A stretch of DNA of 64,000 nucleotides, taken from contig NEEC01000016.1 in NCBI GenBank assembly GCA_002189035.1, positions 1,116,001-1,180,000 on the forward strand, in the 5' to 3' direction. Source of the DNA: Utricularia gibba. Its lineage: Eukaryota; Plantae; Magnoliophyta. Under the pieces are notes generated by a model. That model saw only the letters and a program-made list of their open reading frames with translations. It was not told where the DNA came from and ran no database searches. Position 1 is the stretch's first letter. Every line of letters begins with the position of its first letter. This document shows, piece after piece, positions 1-11,900 of the stretch. The position numbers and the translations under genes are program-made.

Positions 1-1114
1 AGAGGTGCGCAGACTTCTTGGTGCAGGTTCATCCATGTCCTTGGCTTCGATTGCCCGAGCAGCGGCGGAAGACCGTGGAGGAGCCTCAGGAGGTCCAAAA
101 ATATCACTGCCACAGAGCTCTTTAGATTTTGCATCCGAGTGATATTTATGAGTTCTGCTATCAGAATCACTCTCTTGAGTTCCACTCAGTTCCCGCTGCT
201 TCGCCACCTCGGCAATTGAGGTTGCTTTCCTAGGAGAGATTCTTTCCTCGCTGCCGAATGAAATCTGACTAATCCCATTTGCGACTTGCTGACAATAAAT
301 CAGTGAAGATGAGCTTGCTGATCAGTTTGTCACCCAAATACTCTCACCAGCATACTTGGAATTCATTTACAACGAAGTGCGAAGATACCTGCACGATACG
401 CACAGAAGTTCGGTTTTCAGAATTCCCAGGTTTGGTTGATTCGTCTCCACCATCAGCTGAAAATATCCTGCTCCCTGTCATCTCCTTCATCTTATACCCT
501 GAACAGGGTTTCCTGAAGGAGGAAACAGATCATTAAACCGTCTAATGATTATTGTCATTATGAGTGCACAGACGAGTGATGTCAGCGATTAGCAACCAAA
601 TCCACGTCGTTGAAAACAAAAAGCGAGCCGGCAATTAACGCTAGGGCTCTTCAATTTGGGGGATAAAGTAATCGCAGTTATGAATTTGTGGCTCAACCAC
701 CAGCATTGTAGTCATTGAGAGCTTCCTTGAGTTCCAAAAAGCAATGCAGCACGATGAAAACATCAACCAGAAAGCAGATCTACACGTGAAAAAGAGCAAG
801 CCAAGCACGAAAATCGAATTCCACTGTTTACCTCTTATTAAGGCTCTCGGCTTCCTCATCCGTGATCTGTCCTCCGAAGAGTACCTTATCAATTCCATTG
901 GACGGCTACAGCCAAACCGAAAAGAATGAGAGTGAAAGAAAAGCAGCAGTACAACGCTGGACGAGCGCCGAAAGCGTACCTGAGATGAACGGACGGCGAG
1001 ACGAGAAACATCTTCCACGGAGGAGGAGTCTCCAGCAACCGGCGGATCCTCAGACCACGTGAGTAGATCTGACGTACAAGCGTGCGACCTCCGAATAGCC
1101 GTAGACCCCTCCAT
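1..1114 (-). CDS. DUF4057 / HN1-like plant protein, 5' part (runs off the left edge)
   Basis: Spliced GT-AG exons 1114-980, 905-832, 512-389, 288-<1 give MEGSTAIRRSHACTSDLLTWSE..PSNGIDKVLFGGQITDEEAESLNKRKPCSGYKMKEMTGSRIF..QVANGISQISFG..EVAKQRELSG..GSDIFGPP. These are the repeated KEMTG/RELSG-xIF motifs of this family. Confidence 0.85.
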
Positions 1115-1419
1115 TGTAACCTCCGCCCGCAGCTCCCTCCAAGGTGTTTCAGTTCCCCGTTTCAAAATGCTCCCTTTGTCTTTGTCGCAGTATCTTTTAA
1201 AATTACCTTGTGACCCCCCAGAATACCATAATTCTACTTTGACCTACCAAAAAATGAAATACTCGAATTTTTTCATTAACATGCTATTTTACAATTTTCA
1301 GAAGGTTTTTCCACTTGTTTTTACAAATTTCAGTTCAAATCCTATTTGGTTTTACTTTTTGAATATTAATTTTTTATAATAAAACTGTTTTTAAGTAATT
1401 TTTTAGAAACAGAAGTTAT

Positions 1420-1965
1420 TCCACACTAAAATAATAATTATTAATACCTTCCAATTTTTTTAAAATAAAAAAAATGATTCTACTTTTTTTTAATCATAAA
1501 TTTCTCGTACTTGACAACAAAACTATTTTTAAAACGTTTTTCTATAAACCTACACTGTTCCAAATATACACTAAAATAATAATTATTAAAACCTCCACCC
1601 AAATCATAACCCTAATTAATATTTTGTTTAGTTATGCTTATAGAAATTCAGAGACATTCTTCTAATAAAACATAAGCTATATCCCTCTAATTTTTTTTAA
1701 TCATAAATTGCTCGTATTTGACAACAAAATTATTTTTAAAACATTTTTCTATAAGCACAAACGGTTCTAAATTTACTCTAAAATAATAATTATTAAAACC
1801 CCCACCCAAATCGTATCCCTAATTAATATTTGTTTGGTTTTATTTCTAAACATTTAGAGAATTTCTTCTAGAAAAACCATTTCAAAAATGTTTTTTAATA
1901 AGCAAAAGGTGTCCTAAAATAATGATTATTAATCCCCCCCCCAAATCATAACCCTAATTAATAAG
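1420..1965. repeat. Degenerate AT-rich tandem repeat (two ~207-bp units plus partial copies)
   Basis: TAATCATAAAT..GACAACAAAA..CTAAAATAATAATTATTAAAACC..CACCCAAATC..CCCTAATTAATA occurs at ~1491-1670 and ~1698-1875. The CTAAAATAAT(A/G)ATTATTAA core also occurs at 1426 and 1914. Confidence 0.75.
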
Positions 1966-3056
1966 CATGGCCTGGGCTGGCCTCTAATCCTGTTGTGGTT
2001 AACCTAAGTTGCACCTTGTAGGTACAGCCACCACTTTAGGTTTGCCAACCCTCTCTATACCTAGTTACTCTCCTCCATTTTTCGTTTTAAAAAAAATCAT
2101 ATTAATTTGAATAATGCTTCTCCATTTGAGCCCTATGCTCCTCTATAGTTCATGCTCATTTTGCACCCTTGTAATCTTGATAACATGTTTTCGACATACG
2201 AAAATACGATTCGAGGGCGCTCTATAGATTGGGTTTGTTATAAGGGTGATTCAGAGGGATTGGAGCTAAGATTTGCTTTAAAGTCATTGTTAACTTGTAA
2301 TTTATTTGGAGATCAAGATTCCTTGTGGTCTCTTGTGCTAGGTGTTTAATTTGTTTGAAATTTGTGAAGGATATCACCCCTTTGTCAAGATCCCTAGCCC
2401 CCCCCAATCACCACTGGTTCCTTTGTCATAAAGTAATGCACTATCTGCACTTATCACCTAACTAATGCACTCAAATGGGCACTGAACCTGCTCCCAACTA
2501 TTCCATCCATGTTACTGGCTTTAACAAGTGCTGTTGTTGCAGTTTGAGGGGGAGGTGATCTAGGGTTTGATCTGTTGGATAATTATAATTGATGTGAGAT
2601 TGAAAAGGACTTCTGCAAGTTGAGAAGCTAGATTTTTAGGGTTTTGGGAGCTGCATGTTGCTGTCATAAGTTAGCCAGAAGCAGGAGGAGTGAAATAAAG
2701 AAGCAACCAGACAGACACAAAGAGTGGGGCTTGTTTTCCTCAAAACCTAGATCTGAAAGTGGGAACTTGATGAGAAAGACCTTTTGATGCTCATACTGGG
2801 AGCGCAGCAGAATAACAGGAGTTATACAATGTATTATATGATGGGAAAAGGGGGATGATTCCTCTGAAATTTGCAATACACAGAACTCAAAGATCCAAAG
2901 ATGATGTGTTCTCATCTTTTGGAAAGCTGAGTTTTTTAGCATGATGAAGATCTGATAAATAATTCCCTTGTCAAGATTCAGCTCTCTTTTGTGTTTTTTT
3001 CAATTGCTTTAATCATATCCCTCATCATACTTTCACAACTACAATCATTTCATTGC

Positions 3057-3955
3057 TCATCTCCACTGCGATGAGCATATCCATGATGCACCGTAGGCTG
3101 CTGCACTTTCACGGCCATTTGCTGCAGCGTTCTCCGGGGGTTTTCCGCCGGGATAGTTCGACGTCGATGTTCCCACTAATCCTCTGCCACTGGTATCTCT
3201 CAAGCTTAGACCGTATCCCCCATTAAAGGCGGTATCCTTATCGCCTCCGTTCTGAAGTTGTAGTTGATCGGTGAAGATGAGATTGTGGGGTTCTTCTGAG
3301 AACCCCATCTTGGGTTGTTGAGTGAAAACCAAATCTGATTTTGTGCCGAGAATTGGAGAGACGGAAAAGGGGAATCTTGGGTTTGATTGGCTGTTCAAGT
3401 TGGATGTGTAAAAGGAAGATGGATCCGTGGAGGGAGAAACGAAGCTGTTTCTCGCCGGCGGCGGAGGGTGGAATTGCATTTTTTCGGCAAAAGGGAATCG
3501 AAGGTATTGCGGCGGCGGTGTCGGAGAAGTCGTGTCAGATGATCTGAGACTACTACCGAACAGATCGAGCCTTCTTCGAGTGAAAGGGGAGTTGGTGAAG
3601 GATAGAGACGGTATACCTGTGAATTCCTGAACCATTGCTCGGAAATTAGTGGTATCCGTCGTCAACACGGTCGTCGGCGCTCGCCTGGAAGCACGTGATC
3701 TCTTTTTCGAGTTACGCACCGCCGTAGACGCCGCGGGTTCCTCCCCAAGGATGAGAGGTGGCGGTGCCCCGGAAACCGGGGAGGAGGGGGGCCGGCTGTA
3801 ACGATCATGCCGGGATTCCTGCTCTGATTGATATACTCATCGAACAGCTGCTGGTCCGAGACGCGGGCATCGTTTATGAAGGCCACCGCAGCACGTGAGT
3901 CGTACTCGTCGTCTCCGCCGCTGGACGACTGCAAACTCCCACTACCAGAATCCAT
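3057..3955 (-). CDS. VQ motif-containing protein, intronless, with an apparent 1-bp frameshift
   Basis: N-terminus MDSGSGSLQSSSGGDDEYDSR (ATG 3955) lies in one frame. KKRSRASRRAPTTVLTTDTTNFRAMVQEFTG (VQ motif) and the rest to stop 3057 lie in the -1 frame. Adding one base (e.g. in the G6 run 3786-3791) joins them. Confidence 0.85.
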
Positions 3956-4971
3956 TCCTCTAACCCAGAAACACAAAAAACACGCAAAAAGCTTCTCCCT
4001 TTTCACCGAAATTCAGATCCCAGATACAAAAGACCAAGCAAGGTGGAGTAAAAGCAGAGTTAGAGCAGAAAACAACATACTAGGTAGGGTTGAGGGAAGA
4101 AGACGAAGAAGCAGAGGGCTCATCCACCAATTATTTTCATATGTAAAGACACGACGATCGTATCATGATATCATTTCAAATTATTTAATTATTTTTGTAA
4201 ATTCATTTTCTCCCCCTCGATTATTATATAATTTTTTTTACATCCCGAAACAGTATATTACCCTTTTGCCCTTCACGTGGACTGAAATTAATATGATTAA
4301 ATATAGACAGAGAAGACATTTGATAAGATGTCGGTAGGAACATTTTTTAAAATCATTTTATAATTTTGGAAATAATGGTTTCCTGGGCACCACACAATAT
4401 ATTATAATATTTTATTATATTAAAGTACTATTTTCTTCACTTTTATTATAAAATATTACTCGTCAGGATTATCCGGAATTTCGTCGTACAAAAAGGTAGA
4501 GAAAAGTCTTCATGAACCGGACCGGAAACGGCCCGGGCCCCTAGCTAGGGGCTCGCGTCCACCCAGTCTACGCCCCAAGCTATAAATGCAATCGGATCGA
4601 CTCCGGCCACATACCACACACTTCGGATGTGGGAGTGGTAAATTTTCGTTTTTAACCGCGGTTAAATTTCATTTACGCGGGTCAGATTAGAAATGGGAAA
4701 ATTGGTCTTAATTAACAGTGATTTAATTCTTAATGTTTCGTAATCATTTCCAATTAGTTAATAATATTTGAAAATTGAGTTAAAACAATCTCTATTATTT
4801 ATATTAATGATACAATTGATCAATTATAATTAGTATATTAAAAATTGGGGATCAATGATCATCAAATATATTTGATTTTTAAATACTGAAAATCAATTAT
4901 AATTAGTATGTAAATAGTGAAATAAAAAAATAATTGAATTAAAAAAATTATAAAGTAAATATGTTAAATAT

Positions 4972-5500
4972 TGTTATGGGTGAAATTGGTATCCGATGAG
5001 AGCCCGATTTTAGGTGTTAGGCGCGGTCAGGAATGCCACACTTAGTCACCTTCTTCACGGTTGGTACGATTAAAATAAGAGTGAGCAAGGATTTTTTACG
5101 TGGAAACCGCCGGAGAGTGGGAAAAACCACAGAGCTACCGGAACTCGCCGGAAAATAGTTTCACTAGATAGAGGTCGCGAAAAGTAGAATACAACTTGAA
5201 GAAATCTTTTGAGTCCAACCCATTTCTTGTCATAATTCCGTCTATTTATAGGAGAGCTTACTCTGACCGAATTCTGGTGTCTGCAAATATCGGTTGCTTT
5301 CTGCTCCTGTTATACGATCTCGCTTTTCAGATATCGGCCGCCTGTTATGCCATAATTCGACCGCTTTTCAAACTATGTCATATGGCCATACCTATCAGAT
5401 TTCTGACAGACGTCGATCTGTCGTCTGGCGTTATTACTTCGGGATCTCTTTTGGCAGCCTTTTAGGAACCGATTACCCTTGGCCGATTTTTACTTTGTCA
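4972..5500 (-). mobile_element. Solo LTR (529 bp), probably Copia-type
   Basis: Starts TGTTA (4972) and ends TGTCA (5500), flanked by identical 5-bp AATAT (4967-4971, 5501-5505). It is GC-richer than the flanks, has a minus-strand TATAAATAGA at 5241-5250 and an LTR-typical TTTTACGTGGAAAC..GGGAAAAACCAC motif at ~5094-5130. There is no internal coding domain. Superfamily is inferred. Confidence 0.7.
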
Positions 5501-6980
5501 AATATATCAAAATATAGAAACTAAATATATAGGATAGGCTAAAATTTTAGAATTAATAGTGACGATTTAAAAAAAATAAAAGGTTAGTTTGTATACCTCC
5601 TACGCCCTTGGACGAAGTAGGAGAAGTTGCGATTTTTTTTGGGATTTAATTAAATTGATAAAATAAAATCTATAAAAATATTCAAACCAAGTAGGCCCTA
5701 GGGAGTGGGTGGGGTGGACCCCTGCGCCACCCAGGGCCCACCGGAGAAGATATGGTTTTAGGTGTGCTGCCCTGACCGGCTGACCCCTCCCATGTTTTGA
5801 AAAAAACAAATTTTAAAATTATGATAATATTTGAATTAAATTAGATTAAAATACTCTTGAATTACTTTAGATCGCAAACCACTCATGAAATTGATTTACG
5901 ATTTTTTTGATCATTTAAAATACGAACCTTCATAATGAGCAATTGTACGTCTTATATTTTTATTTAGGGAGTGTTTGTATCATTATGTTTTAATTTTTTT
6001 AATAAAATAGAACTTAATTTGAAAAGTGAGATTTAGGAATATTTAATTATATAGTTTTAATTAATGATACATATAAATTAACTATATTTAGATAAATATG
6101 CATAATATAATTTAAATTAAAAACATGTTTGGTATATATATTTTGTAGATATATATTTAAAATTTTAAACATATTATTTCGAAACTATTTTGGAACTCAT
6201 CACATTGAGGCATTAAAACCTGACAGTTCAATGAACCATAGGTGCTGTAAAGATGGTTATATATTAGATTTCAAGAGAATACTTTAAGGACGTAATGATT
6301 AAAATATTACGATATCTTTTAAACCGTAATGATTTTTATTGTTCGTAATATATCGTTTTGAATCTTATTATGAACCTGTTGTGTTGAGGCATGACAGTGT
6401 GGTGGTCTTATTAAACATGGATGCTTAAAAGATCATCTTATGTTAATCTTAAGGAAAGGTCCTTATTAACGGGACTTCAAAATATTACAAAATCTTTCAA
6501 AGCATAATAATTCTCATCATCTACAGTATTTCATTTTGAAACTTATTTCAAACTCATAGCATTGAGTTATGAGAGACCAATGGTCTGATGAACCATGGGA
6601 AAATAATTTTGAAAAATATTAGATAGGTTATAGTGTAATGCAAATATTTTACATATTGGAATCCAGCCCTAATGTAGGCCCATAGAGCAGTGGGTGAGTT
6701 TGATGCATGTTGAACTCTGGGGCTCAATATGGTAAGCCCAAAAAATAATGGGCCGATTCGCAGCATCTGGCGAGCCCAATATTTATATGACAAAGCGTTT
6801 TCCATGGGTCTTGTTTCCTGTGCTCAAATTCTGGTCAGACAAACAGCAGCAAGCCTTTCAGACAGTGGAACAACGGGAGGGGCAACACTGCGTCAAAAGG
6901 AAGAAGAGTAGCACGACAAGGATACAATAGTGCATGAAACGAGAGAAAGAGAACCGACATCTTTGTCGTCTTCAGTTCAT

Positions 6981-7821
6981 TCAAACATCTTCCTGGTACT
7001 TCTGGAGGACCTGGGGGCAGCTTGCTAAGGGCGTGTTCTTAAGGAATCCCATGGCATTGGCAAACCTGTGGTTCGATGTCATGCCGTTGTATCCGGTGAG
7101 GATGACGCGGGACCGATCGCGCCCTGCGTCCGGTGTGCTGCATTCGGGGTCGGAACTCCTCAGTAGCACGGCATCGCAGATGTCGTCGCCCCGGTCGCTC
7201 GTCACCGGGATCATGTAGTGTCCGGTGGAGTCAGTCACACCGTCTTGAATGAAGGTGATCTGTGAAGTGCGAATGTCTCTGCATTCGATTCTTACAGTCG
7301 CACCTGACAGAGTAGTAGCACTGTAAACATGTAGGAGCAAACAACAACAGCAACAACAAAGCCTCGTTCTTTGCAGCTTGAGCGTAACAAGAAGAACGAG
7401 GCTTTATCGTGCAAGAGGGTGGCATTGAACAAATCACAGCAGAACCGGTAACGCGATCTTGAAATCCAAGGAGCCACCCACAGTTATCTCAAAAGAACTA
7501 ATCCAATCAAGTGAACAGAACGGTGGCCCAGATTCCAAGATACACTGAATGAAGAAAGCGTTAAAACTTCCCAACAATTGTTCAAATCCAGGTTCAGATC
7601 CGTTGAAAATGTGCCAAAATACGGAAACCCACACACAATCCAATGAACAAGCAGCTTGCATACATACCAGTCATGTACTTGGTGACCTCCGTTTCAAAGC
7701 CGCAGCGACAAGTATCGCAGTAGACGGCGCCCTTCACTACAAACGGGTGGGTAACAGAGCTGGCGCTTGCAATTGCAGGGACGAAGCAAATCAGGAACAG
7801 CACGAAAGAAAGCTTCGCCAT
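6981..7821 (-). CDS. Pollen Ole e 1 allergen/extensin family secreted protein
   Basis: Exons 7821-7668 and 7303-6981 (GT-AG). Signal peptide MAKLSFVLFLICFVPAIASA, then VKGAVYCDTCRCGFET (Ole e 1 signature), GATVRIEC, TDSTGHY, C..VLLRSSDPEC, RFANAMGF. Confidence 0.92.
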
Positions 7822-8096
7822 TTCCGCTGAGGAGAAGCAATCTGAGCAACCGCGCAACCGAAGGGAAAGGGAAAGAGACCACACTGGACCAGCTGGGCCG
7901 TCACATGGGCTGTTGCAAATGATTAGGTAGAAACCTCTTTTTCAACCGCCACTCAACGCTCTTTATTATATTCAAAATACTCGTTTTAATTAATGGATTT
8001 TCAATTTTTTTTTTTAGGAAAATTTGAACCTTCTCTTAAACAGCACGACACCATGGTAGCATTCTTCTTCGTTCCTCCGACCAGGCGCACCTTATC

Positions 8097-8347
8097 TTAA
8101 AACTTGGATCATCGATCGGTGCTCCTCCCACCTCCGCCCTGTCTCCGGCACCGACTTGTTGCCGGTGCTCAGCCCGCCCTTGCGTCCCATTTCCCAGTTT
8201 CTGCCTCCTGGTTTGCCCTCTACGGCTCCTTCCTTCAGCTAGATGTTCTTGGGCCTCCGAGCTTTTGCCGCCGGTACCGCCCGGCACCACTGTCTTCTCA
8301 TGCTTCTCCCTCGCGTCCAGCTCGCGCCTCTCCTGCTCCGAAGACAT
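8097..8347 (-). pseudogene. Em-like LEA group 1 (LEA_5) pseudogene, intronless
   Basis: MSSEQERRELDAREKHEKTVVPGGTGGKSSEAQEHLAEGRSRRGQTRRQKL matches Em proteins. The expected G-T-E-G-Y-Q segment is deleted, EMGRKGGLSTGNKS follows in another frame, and further frameshifts precede the IDE-SKF end. Confidence 0.85.
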
Positions 8348-8997
8348 CGTGTGTCTTGTCAGGTAAGGGAATGCGAATGTGTCTCCAAACATCCGGCTCC
8401 TGTGCACTGCTTTATAGCACAAAAAACCCACAGGAGTTGGAGATGCGTGGGGTACTATGTGCAAAAGGACAGCAAAAGTGCTTAGAGGCACCATTCCAGA
8501 CATTGCCTGATCAAAATCTCGGCCATCTTCATATTTATTGCATTCTTATGTTGCAAAACATGGAAAAGTCATTCATTAGTTTCCACATAATTTCGATTGC
8601 CACTAGAAATATTTGGGCCATCTCGTGTCTAGGGTGTATCTGTGGTCAAGAACGCCCTTTTGTTTCTTCAATCATTCCATGGGCACATCCCTGGGGCTAC
8701 AACTTGCATGCACAGTGGAAAGGCATAACAACAGACAGTGAAAAAACTCAGAGTAGGCATCACAAATGATTCAACACAGAGGAAGAAGGTAACTGGAGGT
8801 ACAGAGGAATGAATACACACCCAGTTTTGGGGACAATGCTCTAGTCGAACTTGCTTCTGTAGACAATACAATGGTACTATACACAAAAACAGCACATAAA
8901 TTAAGTAATTAAATGGAGACGAGATGAACAAAAACCTGTAAATTCTTTAGTTTTCATGTAGGATGGAAGCTGGCGGTGTTCTCTTATGGACATGTCG

Positions 8998-11900
8998 CTA
9001 CTTGTTTGACCACTGGATTTCGATTTCGAGGTTTCTTGAAGGCCCACTTTTGCTTTCAGGCAGCAGAGGGTACTCTCCGGCAACTGCCCCGACCATCACC
9101 ACACGGTCAATTTGGATTGTCACCTTCCCGAATGAGCTCTGGTTTGTCAAATCGATCAATGGGTGAGAAGTGAGAATGAGCACAAAGAGGAAACTTGTCT
9201 GGTTTGGCATATATTGTATGTGTACCTTTCCCATTTTGCTCTTGTTCTTGCATGAAATGTGAAGCTTCTGGCCTTTAGGTGGGCTTTCGAAGGACCAGGC
9301 GAAGCTCTCGTCCCACTCCGGGTTGGGGCCAGTGGACACGACCTGTTAAGCAGAAACATGTTCAGGCATTTCTTTTTTAACACGTGACCATGACGATGTA
9401 ACTGTAATCAACCTTTGTTTGTCTAGGGGGCGTGTTTCCAAGTGTAAGCTTGCAGTAAACACTGGGATTTCCAACAGACTGCCTCATGTTGTTTCCTCGC
9501 TTGATTATGACAACAAGAGTCCCTGGTAAGCATTGTAGCAAGAATTCAGCTTTCTCCTGGAAGCGTGGAGGTGCGGATTGTATCAAGTACTGTAAAGTTG
9601 GAATAGCATCAGCAGCAGCAATGGATTGGGCCCGAGAAACTTCAGCAGGACAAGCCGTCCATGCTTGCCTGAGAAGGAATAGAGCATCCAGCGCAGCTTC
9701 TTGGGTTGCTTCCGTACCCGTCTTGAGAGAAGTCACTAGATGAGGAATGCTTAAAATTGCAGGTTCGGATGCCCTGAGGCGGGGGAAGTTGCCATATAGC
9801 GCATTCAGAGCCTTCAGATACTCTTCGTTTACAGTGCCAGTAGCCCACAAGTCCTTCTCGATTGCAGCTGCAAGAGAACAAGATTCACCAACGCATTTAT
9901 AATCCACAACGTGATGCATAAATCATCCATTTCAATTAACCGGACATTCAAGCAGGAAAATGAAACCTTATTGGGGAGTTACCTGTGATTGCTCTCACAG
10001 TTTCGCTGGAAGCATATTCCTGAATAGTACTGCTCGAGAAAAGGAGCTTGATAAACATTGCTGCCTGGATTGATGTTTCAGGTTCACTAGAACTAATCAG
10101 GTCCAGTATAACCTGCACCCCACCTCCTTCTGCAACCGCCCTTTTATTTGACCGGCTGTACATCACCAGGTTCTGAAGAGCACATATAGCAACTACTTTC
10201 ATTTCCTCAGTTGGTTGATCTTCGAGCAAATTTACTAGTGCTCGGCATGCTGAAACAGCATCAGCAGTTCGAGCAAGAGCCTCGTTTTGGAATAAGTCGC
10301 CCAGTGCAAGTGTTGCCAGCAGCCTTGCTTGCTGGCCTTGTGTTTGAGGATCCAGAAGATACTGGGAGAGTGGCAAAATAGCAGATTTTGTAGCCTTAGA
10401 TTCTCTGATCTTTACATTGTTAAGTAGCACCTCAAGCAATCTTGCAGCTGTTTCCTCGCACTGATGACTCCTGAGAAGATCAAGGAGGGCCTCAATAGCG
10501 CCACTTTCAGCCATTGCTTGGGCACTTGTAGAGTCATCACTCTCCAAAACTAGAAGCGCATTGAGTGCACCAACCACAGTACTCTCTGAACCTGATCTGA
10601 GCAACCTAACCAGTACTGCAATGGGCACTTCCAGATAAAATTCAGAGCTGAACTTCAGAATGCTAGATAGTACGGAAGCAGCCGGCTCCCACAAGGCATG
10701 AGGGGTTAGGGGATCAGCTTGAAGTATGACTTTCGACAATTCATTCACACCACCTTCTTTTGCAATATCATTTGGCCAAGTAACTTCTAGACAGACAAGA
10801 GCTCTCACAGCTCTCTGTTGCAAAGCACTAATTCCAGAGCTAAGCATCCGCACAAGTGGGCCAATTGCCTGCTGTGCAAGTGGATCTTTCCGAAGATGTT
10901 CCTCCAAAAGCAGGTGAGATAGAAGCTCAGCAGCCAACTGCTGAACTGCTGTTGACGGTGAGTCAAGTAAAGGCAAGAGGGGTTCCAAAGCTTGATGAGG
11001 TGTTAGGCTGTAATCTGCACGACATTGTGGATGCTCTAAAATATTCACAAGTACTTGCAATGAGCTGTGCTGTCCATCTGGACCAAACTCAGATCTTGCA
11101 AGCAAATGGAGGAGAGGCTCAACAACTTTTGCTGCTGATGGACCTTTAGCAATGGAAGCATTATTAGTGAGTATTCTAAGTAATTCAGCAAAAGCAGCAC
11201 ACAAGAAATCTGGAGCTTCTTCAAGGATCTCGAGGACAGACTCTATAACGCCAGCTTTCACCATTTCAATCTTGCATACAGGCCTATCTCTACCTAACTT
11301 AACAAGAGCTCTTGACACAGCTTCATGGAGCAAATAACTTCGACCATGAAGAAGGCCTACAAGTGGGATCACAGCACTATGAGCAGCAACAAGCTCGGTG
11401 AGCTGCTCATCATCTAAAAGTTTATCCAGTGCACGAACAACAGAAAGCTGTGCTGGACTGTTCTCTATGACTAGGAGAGAAACCAACGGCTCAACACACC
11501 TAGCAGCTGCCACGGTAGATCTTATTCTCGTGTTGCCAAAAAGCACACAGCATAACTCAGCTGCATCGCCCTTCAGCTCCAATGAATAATTTGAAGAAAG
11601 AATCCTGCATAAGACATCAATAACATTCATCTCAATATCAACCACTACAAGAGCCTTTGATGGGTTTTCATTAAGGAGCCTAATCAGTGCAGCAATGGCT
11701 GCATGTTGCTCTTTCTCTAGACCTGTATTTAGAATCTCAACCAAAGGCTGAGCAGCTTGTCTTGCTGATTCAGTATTCCTCACATGATCAGCAGAAAATA
11801 AATTTTCCAAGGCTTTTGCAGCACTATATCTCGCTGCTCTTCCACCTAATCGAAGAACTGCTATAAGTTGACTGACAGCCCCAAATGCTGAGTCATGTCT

